From positions 1 to 31,994 of the IMG/VR virus record IMGVR_UViG_3300021964_000288: a stretch of DNA of 31,994 nucleotides; one strand, given 5' to 3'. Every line of letters begins with the position of its first letter. Positions within the stretch are counted from its first letter, which is position 1. The position numbers were made by a program, and so were the translations under genes. This DNA comes from a virus (lineage: Duplodnaviria; Caudoviricetes). Shown here piece after piece: positions 8,124 through 16,892 of this stretch. Below the pieces are notes generated by a model. The model had not been told where the DNA came from. It searched no databases and saw only the letters and a list, made by a program, of their open reading frames with translations.

Positions 8124-10449
8124 TTAACTTTAACAACAAATCTGGAACTATTCTTTTCAGATTAAATAATATTTCACTTCCATCTTTATTTCTAAAATAT
8201 TCTCCAGTTCCATCGTTATTGTTTCCCATCCCTATATAGTACATACCATCATGAGCTGTTTCTAAAAATATGTTTTCAAATAATTTACCATCATCATCAA
8301 ATAAAATATTTTTGCCTTCGCTCTCAAATAGATCTTGTGGTTTTAACTCTCCTCCCTCTCCTTCTAGATAAGGTAATAATGTTTTTGTCTGTGTTATTGT
8401 TTTTCCTGTACCCGTATCATAAACATTAAAGTCATAAGTTAAGGCTTCTTCTAATAGCTCTGCTGTTAGTCCTTCTTCAATCATTTCTTGTACTGTAGGA
8501 TATTTTGAATCTATGCTTTTCTGTTCAAATGGTTGTGCATTTACCATATTTTGAGGAAGAAGAATTTTATTACCTTCTCCAAAGTTTTGCCATCCACCAT
8601 AATATTCATTACCTTTTTTAACCAAACCCGATGCCATTTGAATAGACTCCTCATAGGCTTCATAAATTGAGTCACGATTAGAAAGCATATTGTTTTCATT
8701 TCGGTAAAGTTTATCAGCAAAAATCATATCTGCTGCTTGTGATATTTGAGCAGTTAGGTTTTTTAAATTATTAGAAGTTGAAGCGGGAGCGTAATCGATT
8801 GCTATTTGTGTGTATTCCTCAACATTAATTTTGTCTTTCATAACAGTTTCTAAGTCATTGTATCTGTCGCTTTTTATAATCTCAATGCCATTCAAAATAG
8901 ATCTTGTTGTTTCGGTTGGCATTCCATTATTGTTATACATCAATAAACCAATATGAGTATAAACAGCTGCATTTTTTTCCATTGACAGATTAACAAAAAC
9001 ATCTTTTAAATTTTCACCACCAACAATAGCCAGGTTAATTAATAGTGTTTCTTTTTCTTCAATCGTTCCATTCATTAATCTATCTTTAATAAATTCTCTT
9101 TCTTCTTTCTTTAATAGCTGTAGTGGAACATTATAAAAATCTGCTACTTCTTGTGCTTCTTTATTTCTGTTTTGTGATGCCATGTAAAATGCCTGGGTAT
9201 CTTTTTCAAAAAAATCTAACTCAACAAAATCTCTTTCTGGATCTAAATCTTCAGCCATATTTAATAAGTCATTTCCTATTTCAGAAACCATTTTAGAGTG
9301 TATCTCTTTAAGTGACTCCTCTAATTTTATATAAACTTTTTGTTCAAAAGGATTTGCGTTTGGATCTTTTGATAATCTTGTGTTTTCTTTTTTAACTCTA
9401 TCTATCTCTGCAGCTACTTTATCTGGTGTTGATTTTTTTGCTTTGTCAATAACATCAAAATTAGTTTTGATGATAACTAATTTTTCTAGTTCCTCCGCAA
9501 TACCAGGTAGTCCTAAAGATATTTGTAATTTATGATTTTCTTCAGCTTCAGCCATTAAATTGTTCCAGGATGTAATATTAAAATAATCTGCATTAGTGAT
9601 ATCTTCTAAGTCATTGACTTTGCTACCGATAGCAGTACCTTGAGCTTTAACACTAGATACATATTTTTTGTTTATAGTTCCTTGTCTTGTATCTGCTGCT
9701 TTATAAATAGCTAATAAATTTTCTGGATTAATTAATTTATCATAATAACCATTCTCATAATTTTTTAAGAATACTTCTGGATTATCGTATGCAAGTTTCT
9801 CTGCATCTAAAGTGTAAAGATTTTGCATTTGTGTTTCTAAATAATCTTCTGGTAATCCTAATCCATCATTGTTTGCATCCTGGACTAACTTAGCCATATT
9901 CTGCTCTGATGCTAATTTTTTAGAGTTATTCCCACCAGCGTTAATATATTGATTAAATTCTAATTCTAAATTTTTCTCTAAGGTTGTAATACCATTTGCT
10001 CTAATATTTTTCCAAACACTGGCTTGAACATCAATATAGTTATTTGTGTAAAGTTCGTCTGCCTTTGCTTCTACTAATTGTTTAACAACAGGATCTTCTA
10101 TTCCCGATAAGATGTTATTCTTGTGACTATTAAAACCATTTTGAAAGTTAGGTAATGCTGTATTTGTGTCTGTGCTATTCTGAGCATCAAACATCAATCT
10201 ATTTAATCCAGGATTATTCTCATCCCCTTTAATTAAATAATCTATCTTTTCAGATGCTTCTGTTTTTCTTTGTAATGATTTTTGAGCTTCATAAAACCTA
10301 GTTGATACTTTTTGAACATCACCAGCTAAGTCTGCGGCTGCTTCAAATGGAGCTGCGGCTGCAGCAGTGATATCGGGAACTGGTCTAGCTCTTGTACCCG
10401 TCTGGCTAGTTAATGTCGTCTTAGCTGTAAATTCTGGGATTTGTACCAT
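8116..10449 (-). CDS. Internal virion protein
   Basis: 777 aa, predicted helical, MVQIP start, lies within the ejection-protein cluster. Confidence 0.6.
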   Translation of the reverse strand: MVQIPEFTAKTTLTSQTGTRARPVPDITAAAAAPFEAAADLAGDVQKVSTRFYEAQKSLQRKTEASEKIDYLIKGDENNPGLNRLMFDAQNSTDTNTALPNFQNGFNSHKNNILSGIEDPVVKQLVEAKADELYTNNYIDVQASVWKNIRANGITTLEKNLELEFNQYINAGGNNSKKLASEQNMAKLVQDANNDGLGLPEDYLETQMQNLYTLDAEKLAYDNPEVFLKNYENGYYDKLINPENLLAIYKAADTRQGTINKKYVSSVKAQGTAIGSKVNDLEDITNADYFNITSWNNLMAEAEENHKLQISLGLPGIAEELEKLVIIKTNFDVIDKAKKSTPDKVAAEIDRVKKENTRLSKDPNANPFEQKVYIKLEESLKEIHSKMVSEIGNDLLNMAEDLDPERDFVELDFFEKDTQAFYMASQNRNKEAQEVADFYNVPLQLLKKEEREFIKDRLMNGTIEEKETLLINLAIVGGENLKDVFVNLSMEKNAAVYTHIGLLMYNNNGMPTETTRSILNGIEIIKSDRYNDLETVMKDKINVEEYTQIAIDYAPASTSNNLKNLTAQISQAADMIFADKLYRNENNMLSNRDSIYEAYEESIQMASGLVKKGNEYYGGWQNFGEGNKILLPQNMVNAQPFEQKSIDSKYPTVQEMIEEGLTAELLEEALTYDFNVYDTGTGKTITQTKTLLPYLEGEGGELKPQDLFESEGKNILFDDDGKLFENIFLETAHDGMYYIGMGNNNDGTGEYFRNKDGSEILFNLKRIVPDLLLKLNE

Positions 10450-10952
10450 TAGTCTAACCCAGCATATCTATTAATAGACATAATATCAGATGCTCCTCCT
10501 AGTAATGTTTGACCAGCTTTAAAGTAGGATGCTGTTGCATATTGTTTACCTTGATACTTTGCTAATTGACCTTCCATTCTAGAGATAACCGCAGCTTCTC
10601 TATAATCAGTTGCTTCAACATTTGCATTGTATCTAATATTAGCTTTTTCTATTTCTGCTTCAGTTAAATATTCTTCCATAACAGCCAAAGGTGTTCCCCT
10701 GGATACATCAACACCAGAAGCAGCATAAGCTCTTTCTACACTGCTTATAGTTTTATTAAACTGTCTTTCAAATCTTTTAACATTATATTCGCCTACTTCT
10801 TTAGATCTTTCTGCTTTCGCTTCATAGATCTGTGCATTTTGTTCAGCGATAGTGTTTTGATATTTACCAGCTGCCTGTGCTGCTTGACCAGCCTGTATAC
10901 TGGCTACTGCACCGACTGCTGTTGAAGCTGCTATTACTGCTGGTAATCCCAT
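10449..10952 (-). CDS. Small internal virion protein (T7 gp14-like)
   Basis: Ala/Gly-rich N-terminus, YAASGVD..GTPL motif, follows GNAT gene. Confidence 0.7.
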   Translation of the reverse strand: MGLPAVIAASTAVGAVASIQAGQAAQAAGKYQNTIAEQNAQIYEAKAERSKEVGEYNVKRFERQFNKTISSVERAYAASGVDVSRGTPLAVMEEYLTEAEIEKANIRYNANVEATDYREAAVISRMEGQLAKYQGKQYATASYFKAGQTLLGGASDIMSINRYAGLD

Positions 10953-11401
10953 TCTATTATCCTTGCATACCTTATATGATCTTGATTTGAAACATATTTT
11001 TTCATCGTTCCCTCATTTTTTAAACCTAACCATTGAGCAAAACGATGACCAAGTTTGAAGTCTTGCTTAACAGCTGTCTGCAATCTTACTACTTTGTTTT
11101 GTTCAATCAATAGTTCTAATCCCTTCTTTACAGCTCTTGCTGCTGCCAATGGATGATCCCAAATCTTATGAGATGCAATCACCCATCCCTCGTAAACTCC
11201 TTCCCATAACAAAGTTATCCCACCCGCTACGATACAATTACCATTGTAAACAGCGGTAAAGGCTTTGCCTGGTTGTTCTAGGTTATGTAAATGTTCCTCC
11301 CAGCTTTTATCTATCTGGACAGTAGGATCATTCATAATACCTCTTGTCATCATCAAACCATGTTCCGTTTTGAAAGGTATGATTGATAAATTACCCTTCA
11401 T
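10934..11401 (-). CDS. GNAT-fold acetyltransferase-like protein (T7 gp13 position)
   Basis: AGGI..LWEGVYEGW, RLQTAV, RFAQWLGLKNEGTMKKY. Confidence 0.7.
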   Translation of the reverse strand: MKGNLSIIPFKTEHGLMMTRGIMNDPTVQIDKSWEEHLHNLEQPGKAFTAVYNGNCIVAGGITLLWEGVYEGWVIASHKIWDHPLAAARAVKKGLELLIEQNKVVRLQTAVKQDFKLGHRFAQWLGLKNEGTMKKYVSNQDHIRYARIIEWDYQQ

Positions 11402-13652
11402 TTGTTGTCACTCTTGGATATATGCCAATAATATTAATTGGTAAAGGCTGTGTTTGCCTTACATAAATATATCCATCGGTTTCAAAATCTCCTCTAAACT
11501 CTACTTGTTTATCACCACTGAATGGTGGTATTGCGACATCCATTGGATTAGCACTAGATCTGAATGGTATTCTTTCCATATTGTTTAAATCTGATCCTAT
11601 TTCAACACCCACAGATGCTAGTAATCTTATAGTGACATCATGAATACGTTTTGTTTGACCTTGAGCCACACCTTCTGCAGCTCCCGCTTCAATACGCATT
11701 GTCTGTAATAAACTGGTATATCCGAGTCCAATACTCGCTTTGGTTACACTACGATCCAGGCTCACTGATCCATTCGATACAGTTTTATCTGGATGTGTTG
11801 CACCATCAGCTAGGATAGCGACTGTTTCACCTTCTAGATGATCTAATCCAGAAATAGTAGTAGTTGCTGATCCGTTATATTGTAATCCACTATCAACAAA
11901 GAAAGCATCTGCAATATTTGTTCCGTAATCATAGTTTTCTAAATATTCAACATAACGCCTGGTTGATCCATTAACTGTTCTTTTCACTACCATATATAAA
12001 TCATCTTCGTCTGCATCCCCTGGTATTGTTGCTAGGTTTTCTACATGACCAAAACTATCTGATCCAAATGATCCACCAATCTCATGAATGTGCCATCCGA
12101 CTACATCCTCTGCTCTTTGATAAGTAAGTCCGACTAGCTTTCCATCTTCTCTCACACCCCATAAAATACTTTCTGGTTCTTGTTGATATGATAATTCTTT
12201 AATACCCGACTCGGTAATATTCTCTGCCAGGATAGTCATATCGGGAGCTACATACGAGTCAAAATCAAAACTATAAGTTAATTCTCTAATTTTTCTTTTT
12301 GCTCTCTGTAAAAACATAGTGACATTCGCTACCTGGATTGCATCGACATTTGCAGATCCATAAGATGTTTGTCTTTGAATTTGTATATTAGTTGGCGTAA
12401 TTGGTTGTGTTGTACCCGAAGCAGATACCACAAACTCACCACCGACTGTTCCCGCAATCAATGATCTTTGTGCCGATAAAAATCTAATACTATTAACTTT
12501 ATTTGATGCGATTGTATAAATCATCGCTGAAGTATCAGTAACACTCGTATGATATCCATCATCAAAGTTTTCATATTCGTTTACTTTAGAAAAGAATAAT
12601 GTCTGTGGTTCTTCATTTGTACCCGCAAACACTAATCGTTGTTCAAAGAAAGTAACACTAGATGGATGACCAGTCGTATCTGAGAATGATCCTAATGCAA
12701 AATCCGTATTAGCTGATCCCGATCCTAGAGCTACTTTAACTGTACCGACTACTTCTGTTGTTGAATTAAACGCAGTAATGATCGCATGACCATCATTAAA
12801 ATGTATTGCTCTACCCACATCGGTTGATTTAAATCCATCACCACCATTAATGCCTGTTGTAGAAGAAGCGGTAAAAGTTGCTGATGATCCTACTGCTGTA
12901 TGAGAAGCAGTGATTGTTGTTGTTGTATCATTGTGTGGTTGAAACGGAGGAATGTTAAATTCTACTTGATCCAATGTCCATGATGTATGTCCTGTTCTTG
13001 ATAATTTTCTAACTTCGTAATCGGGATGACAGATATACATAATATCTGCAGATTGTGCGAACTTGAGTTGTGCAACATCAGCTGCTGCATAAGGGGATGT
13101 TATTTCATAAATGCGATAAGCATTACCACCAGAAGCATAGGCAGTATAACTACTACTGTCGATGTTATTCCCATCAACATCCTGTAACTCAAATGTATTG
13201 GCGGTTGTGTTAGCGACTTTAAAAGTCTTTCCATTGACTTCCACCATTCCTGTAACTGAACTAATAATGACATGATCCCCATTGGTATACCCATGTGCGG
13301 TAGAAGTTACTACTGCTGGATTAGCTTGGCTGATGTTCGTTATTGTCTTAGCTGTTTCTGTAATGATACCTTTGTCTTTAAAGAAACGAATATACTGATC
13401 TCCAAACTCTAAAACATAAGTTTGAACTGTAGAAAACTCAAAAGGAATTAATCTTACAGCAGTGGAGCTATCTTTGACTTCATGAACAAAAGCTGTACCT
13501 GGTCTGCGACTCGCACCACCATGTGGTTGAATAGTAAAATTACTAATAGTTTTTGCACCATTATAATATTTTGTTAAATCAGTTCTTCCATCTAACCTGG
13601 GGGATAATTGACCAGCTGTAAAGTTGGTATAAGCAACAGTTTGTCTTGGCAT
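11391..13652 (-). CDS. Tail tubular protein B (nozzle) with inserted FCCH-like domain
   Basis: NFTAGQLSPRLDGRTD, RRPGT, FFEQRLVFAG, GLDHLEGETV motifs; follows tubular protein A. Confidence 0.9.
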   Translation of the reverse strand: MPRQTVAYTNFTAGQLSPRLDGRTDLTKYYNGAKTISNFTIQPHGGASRRPGTAFVHEVKDSSTAVRLIPFEFSTVQTYVLEFGDQYIRFFKDKGIITETAKTITNISQANPAVVTSTAHGYTNGDHVIISSVTGMVEVNGKTFKVANTTANTFELQDVDGNNIDSSSYTAYASGGNAYRIYEITSPYAAADVAQLKFAQSADIMYICHPDYEVRKLSRTGHTSWTLDQVEFNIPPFQPHNDTTTTITASHTAVGSSATFTASSTTGINGGDGFKSTDVGRAIHFNDGHAIITAFNSTTEVVGTVKVALGSGSANTDFALGSFSDTTGHPSSVTFFEQRLVFAGTNEEPQTLFFSKVNEYENFDDGYHTSVTDTSAMIYTIASNKVNSIRFLSAQRSLIAGTVGGEFVVSASGTTQPITPTNIQIQRQTSYGSANVDAIQVANVTMFLQRAKRKIRELTYSFDFDSYVAPDMTILAENITESGIKELSYQQEPESILWGVREDGKLVGLTYQRAEDVVGWHIHEIGGSFGSDSFGHVENLATIPGDADEDDLYMVVKRTVNGSTRRYVEYLENYDYGTNIADAFFVDSGLQYNGSATTTISGLDHLEGETVAILADGATHPDKTVSNGSVSLDRSVTKASIGLGYTSLLQTMRIEAGAAEGVAQGQTKRIHDVTIRLLASVGVEIGSDLNNMERIPFRSSANPMDVAIPPFSGDKQVEFRGDFETDGYIYVRQTQPLPINIIGIYPRVTTNEG

Positions 13653-14239
13653 TAAAACCTCGAATTAATAAATGTCGAACTGTCTATATAATCTGGTGTA
13701 CCTTCTGTTGCGTCTGCGTGTCTAGCTAATCTTAGTTTTTCTGCATAATCTTGTTTTAATGCAACAGCTAGACTGGTAGAACTCGTAACCGCATAACATA
13801 ATTCAGCTGCTAATCTTGCCACAATCGCTTCAATTAATAAGCTATCGTATTGTGTGGGATCAGTTACCCTGGCTGAATAGATTAAATAAACTGTATCTTC
13901 ATCAGTTAATATTTTTCTACCTTCTACTTTAAACTTTTGACCACCATCGACATTCGATGATGATCCATCATGATAACCGCCTAGCGACAAAACCCTTATA
14001 CAATCACTAGGCAGTTGATATTGATATGTATATTCGTGTGTTGGACTAGCTATATCTTGAGCTAGTTGAACTCTTTTAATTAAACAATTCCAGGTATGCT
14101 CTCTAAAGACTGCATCTCTTAATGGTTCATATCTTTGATTACATAATCTCGCATTCTTACTATCCTCGGTTAATGCAGTAATATTGTTTGCACCTAAGAT
14201 ATTTAATGCGGAGTTACAAATTTCTACTGTTGATGTCAT
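13652..14239 (-). CDS. Tail tubular protein A (adaptor)
   Basis: VEICNSALNILG, HTWNC, YQLPSDCIRV motifs. Confidence 0.85.
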   Translation of the reverse strand: MTSTVEICNSALNILGANNITALTEDSKNARLCNQRYEPLRDAVFREHTWNCLIKRVQLAQDIASPTHEYTYQYQLPSDCIRVLSLGGYHDGSSSNVDGGQKFKVEGRKILTDEDTVYLIYSARVTDPTQYDSLLIEAIVARLAAELCYAVTSSTSLAVALKQDYAEKLRLARHADATEGTPDYIDSSTFINSRF

Positions 14240-14529
14240 CCTATCATTGTCTTTCTGTTTGATTTTTTATTCCTATTGGCAAAATTTCTTGCAGCTTCTT
14301 TACTACCAAAACCCCAGGCTCTTAATGCTAATGCTAGTCTTGTTGGCTCTCCATTAGGTTTTTTCATTCCCCCTTGCATTCCAGCAAAACGAGCAGCAAA
14401 AGATACTCTGCGTGGATTTGTTCCCGACTTCACTGGTCGTTTTAAATTACTACCTTCTGTTCTTTTGTAGTAATCTCTACCAGCCTGGTTTAATCCACCA
14501 CTTTTGTTTTGATATTTCTTTAAAGGCAT
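14236..14529 (-). CDS. Small basic conserved phage protein (DUF6321-like), C-terminus KTMIG
   Basis: GGLNQAGRDYY...NLKRPV...RRVSFAARF...PTRLALALRAW; ends RKTMIG; stop overlaps next ATG. Confidence 0.75.
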   Translation of the reverse strand: MPLKKYQNKSGGLNQAGRDYYKRTEGSNLKRPVKSGTNPRRVSFAARFAGMQGGMKKPNGEPTRLALALRAWGFGSKEAARNFANRNKKSNRKTMIG

Positions 14530-14530
14530 C

Positions 14531-14656
14531 TTAACCGATCATTGTTTTCTTTTTTGTTTTTCTGATTTTTTTTAAATCAGCAGCTTCGATCTTCTTTGGA
14601 TCACCCGCTACTGCAGCAAGTTTCTTTTGTTTTGGTGAGTATTTTGAATATGGCAT
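14531..14656 (-). CDS. 41-aa basic protein MPYSKYSPKQKKLAAVAGDPKKIEAADLKKIRKTKKKTMIG (not in ORF track)
   Basis: Translated by hand; AGGA SD upstream; 3-nt and 1-nt gaps to neighbours. Confidence 0.8.
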   Translation of the reverse strand: MPYSKYSPKQKKLAAVAGDPKKIEAADLKKIRKTKKKTMIG

Positions 14657-14659
14657 GAT

Positions 14660-14809
14660 TTATCCTATCATAGTTTTTTTCTTTTTCTTAGGAAATCCAG
14701 CTTTCATATTGGCGTAGGCTTCGTCAGAAATTGTTGATTTTGATTTAGATCTGGATGTTCCAGCCTTTTTTCTTTTATTGATATTATAATATAAACCTTT
14801 ACCTGGCAT
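14660..14809 (-). CDS. 49-aa basic protein MPGKGLYYNINKRKKAGTSRSKSKSTISDEAYANMKAGFPKKKKKTMIG (not in ORF track)
   Basis: Translated by hand; AAAGGA SD 5 nt upstream of ATG. Confidence 0.8.
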   Translation of the reverse strand: MPGKGLYYNINKRKKAGTSRSKSKSTISDEAYANMKAGFPKKKKKTMIG

Positions 14810-14820
14810 CTTAATCCTTT

Positions 14821-14845
14821 CTATAAAGGGGAGCATAAGCTCCCC
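14821..14845 (-). terminator. Rho-independent terminator after the major capsid gene
   Basis: Minus strand GGGGAGC-TTAT-GCTCCCC followed by TTTAT, 13 nt after the capsid stop. Confidence 0.8.
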
Positions 14846-14858
14846 CCTATTTTAGTTA

Positions 14859-15731
14859 TTACTCGTCACAAGCGATTTCTACTACTTTTTCTTCTTCAAT
14901 TCGAGTAGCACCGATTGACATACAGTAATATACCTGAGTAGCATAACTTTTGTCAGCTCTCTCGTCTATTCTTGCAGTCACATCTTTACCGATAGCAAGT
15001 TTAATTGCATCCTCTGTGAAAGCGTAGCAGAGTCTATCGTCTGTGTTTGTAGCATCAAAACTTAGTCTTGTTGAAGGAATGAACTCAAATCCTAAGAATG
15101 AGTTGATTGAACCTTGAGCAAGAGCTTTAACTGTGTTGAAGTCAGATGATTTAACTTCAGTTGTGTTTAATAAGTCTTGGATCTGCTTTGGACCACATAC
15201 GATGTATCTCTTTAATGATGGATCAACACTTGCATTGTCCATTAGATATTTAGCTTCTAATAACTTTGCTACTGTTAGTCCGTCAGTTTGTGATGCAGAG
15301 AAAGGCTTCTGAGCTGATGGTAGAGCTACTGCTGTACCTCCAGCTACGCCTGTATCTGCTGATCCACCTAAAGCGGTGATGATTACGTCATCCATAGCTC
15401 TACCCATAGCTGCGGCTGCTGCTTTTGCGTATGATGATGTTGGATCAATAAGCATTCTTACTTTGTCCTGGTCATCAATTAAATCAGCCCACTCGTAATC
15501 TGCGAGAGATACTCTACGTCTGGCGTGGGGAGTATCTACCTGGGGGGTATTTCCATGGCGGCTTGTTCTTACACTTGCTGTGACTTCACCAATCTGTTCG
15601 AAGAAAGCATTCTTACCTTTGATTGTTTCAACATCAACAGCGTTTCTAAGTAAAGAACCCATTTGCTGTGAAAGCATAGTTACGTTATTGCTATACTGTT
15701 CTACAAATGCTGTAGTTATTTGTGTAGACAT
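14859..15731 (-). CDS. Major capsid protein
   Basis: MSTQITTAFVEQYSNNV, RRRVSLADYEWADLID, FLGFEFI, GATRIEE; follows scaffold; strong SD and downstream terminator. Confidence 0.92.
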   Translation of the reverse strand: MSTQITTAFVEQYSNNVTMLSQQMGSLLRNAVDVETIKGKNAFFEQIGEVTASVRTSRHGNTPQVDTPHARRRVSLADYEWADLIDDQDKVRMLIDPTSSYAKAAAAAMGRAMDDVIITALGGSADTGVAGGTAVALPSAQKPFSASQTDGLTVAKLLEAKYLMDNASVDPSLKRYIVCGPKQIQDLLNTTEVKSSDFNTVKALAQGSINSFLGFEFIPSTRLSFDATNTDDRLCYAFTEDAIKLAIGKDVTARIDERADKSYATQVYYCMSIGATRIEEEKVVEIACDE

Positions 15732-15775
15732 TTTTGTCTGTTCCTTTCTTAATAGTTGTTGTTTTTACTTTCTTC

Positions 15776-15870
15776 GATAAATTATCTCTTTCGAGTTTTA
15801 TCTTCATTTAACATCTGATAGATGCCAGTCTTTCCTGGTGTCAGCCAGAGTCCTATTCGGATTGTTCTGG
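15776..15870 (-). ncRNA. Putative structured cis-regulatory RNA leader of the capsid gene (three hairpins)
   Basis: CCAGA-ACAA-TCC-GAATA-GGA-C-TCTGG; CTGA..CCAG-GAAAGA-CTGG..TCAG; GATAAA-A-CTC-GAAA-GAG-ATAA-TTTATC. Confidence 0.5.
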
Positions 15871-16683
15871 ACCTATCCCATGCTTCATATTCTGGAGCAT
15901 GAAAACTTCTTCAACAGCTGCCTGGTGTCCAGGATGTTTCTTATCCCAGTACGGAGTATTAGGAGCTGTTAATTTTTCTATCTCTCTTTGAGCATCATCT
16001 GGAGTCATTGTCAAATCATTTTCTGCAGTCATGTTATCTTCAGAAAAGTTATCTGCTAGTCCAGCTAATGCCTTAATGAACTGAGGATCATTACCTAAAA
16101 GATTTCCATTCTCTAATTTGACTTCTTTCATCTCATTAGGGAAAAATTTTTGAAAGACATTATCCGCTTGTTGGATCTTCTTATCAAAAGCTAAACCCCA
16201 ATCTTTTCTTAAATCTAGCTCTGATTGTTCCCTTACTTGCTGTTGTTGTGCAGCTAAAGTTTCTTGACCACTCTCAGATAGCTCACCATAAAAGTTTAAT
16301 ATCTTACTTGCCTGGTCTGCATTTAACCCAATCGAATGTGCTACTTGTTTAAATTGTTGTAGTCCAGGATCACTTGCATCTAAGTTTGTTTCAAACTGAT
16401 AATCATCTGCTTTCTCTGGTCTACCTAATTTAGAATAAATAACATTCCAATCATCTTCAGTAGAATGTTTGCCAGGCACTGGAATTTTATCCATGCCAAT
16501 CATTTTTTGTGCATGGACTAAACTCTTTGCTAAATCACCAACATTCGTAAAATTTTTTAATGATGGCTCTCCTCGTAAATCCTCTGGTAACTGATCTAAG
16601 AAAGTTACGCCAGGATCTGCCGCTTGTGTTTCTTGTGTTACTTCAGATTGCTGTTCAACAGCAGTTGTCTGTTCTTCACTCAT
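15853..16683 (-). CDS. Capsid assembly scaffolding protein
   Basis: Acidic and helical; LAKSLVHAQKMIG, KLGRPE, PYWDKKHPGH; lies between portal and capsid genes. Confidence 0.8.
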   Translation of the reverse strand: MSEEQTTAVEQQSEVTQETQAADPGVTFLDQLPEDLRGEPSLKNFTNVGDLAKSLVHAQKMIGMDKIPVPGKHSTEDDWNVIYSKLGRPEKADDYQFETNLDASDPGLQQFKQVAHSIGLNADQASKILNFYGELSESGQETLAAQQQQVREQSELDLRKDWGLAFDKKIQQADNVFQKFFPNEMKEVKLENGNLLGNDPQFIKALAGLADNFSEDNMTAENDLTMTPDDAQREIEKLTAPNTPYWDKKHPGHQAAVEEVFMLQNMKHGIGPEQSE

Positions 16684-16892
16684 TTTGTTTTCTTCTCCTT
16701 AATTATATTTTTAATCATTAGTAAGACTGATCTTTGTCCTTCCAGATAAGCCATCTCTAATGAGTCTTTGGAAAATGTAGTTGTGTTTTGATGGAGTCTA
16801 CTTTCGAGATCTTCTAAAACTTTCTGTCCTTGGACAGTACCAAAAGTTGTTCTGTAGTTTTGAAAAAGATCGTCTAGTGTTTTTTTATCCAC
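16680..16892 (-). CDS. Small conserved head-module protein (Bbp19-like)
   Basis: YRTTFGTVQGQKVLEDL...AYLEGQRSV motif, directly after portal. Confidence 0.7.
   Translation of the reverse strand: MDKKTLDDLFQNYRTTFGTVQGQKVLEDLESRLHQNTTTFSKDSLEMAYLEGQRSVLLMIKNIIKEKKTK

Noticed and set aside
14846-14880. T7 10A/10B-type capsid frameshift or read-through into the KTMIG ORFs
   Set aside because: Capsid ends in tandem TAA TAA followed by a terminator, no slippery site is evident, and the next ORF has its own SD
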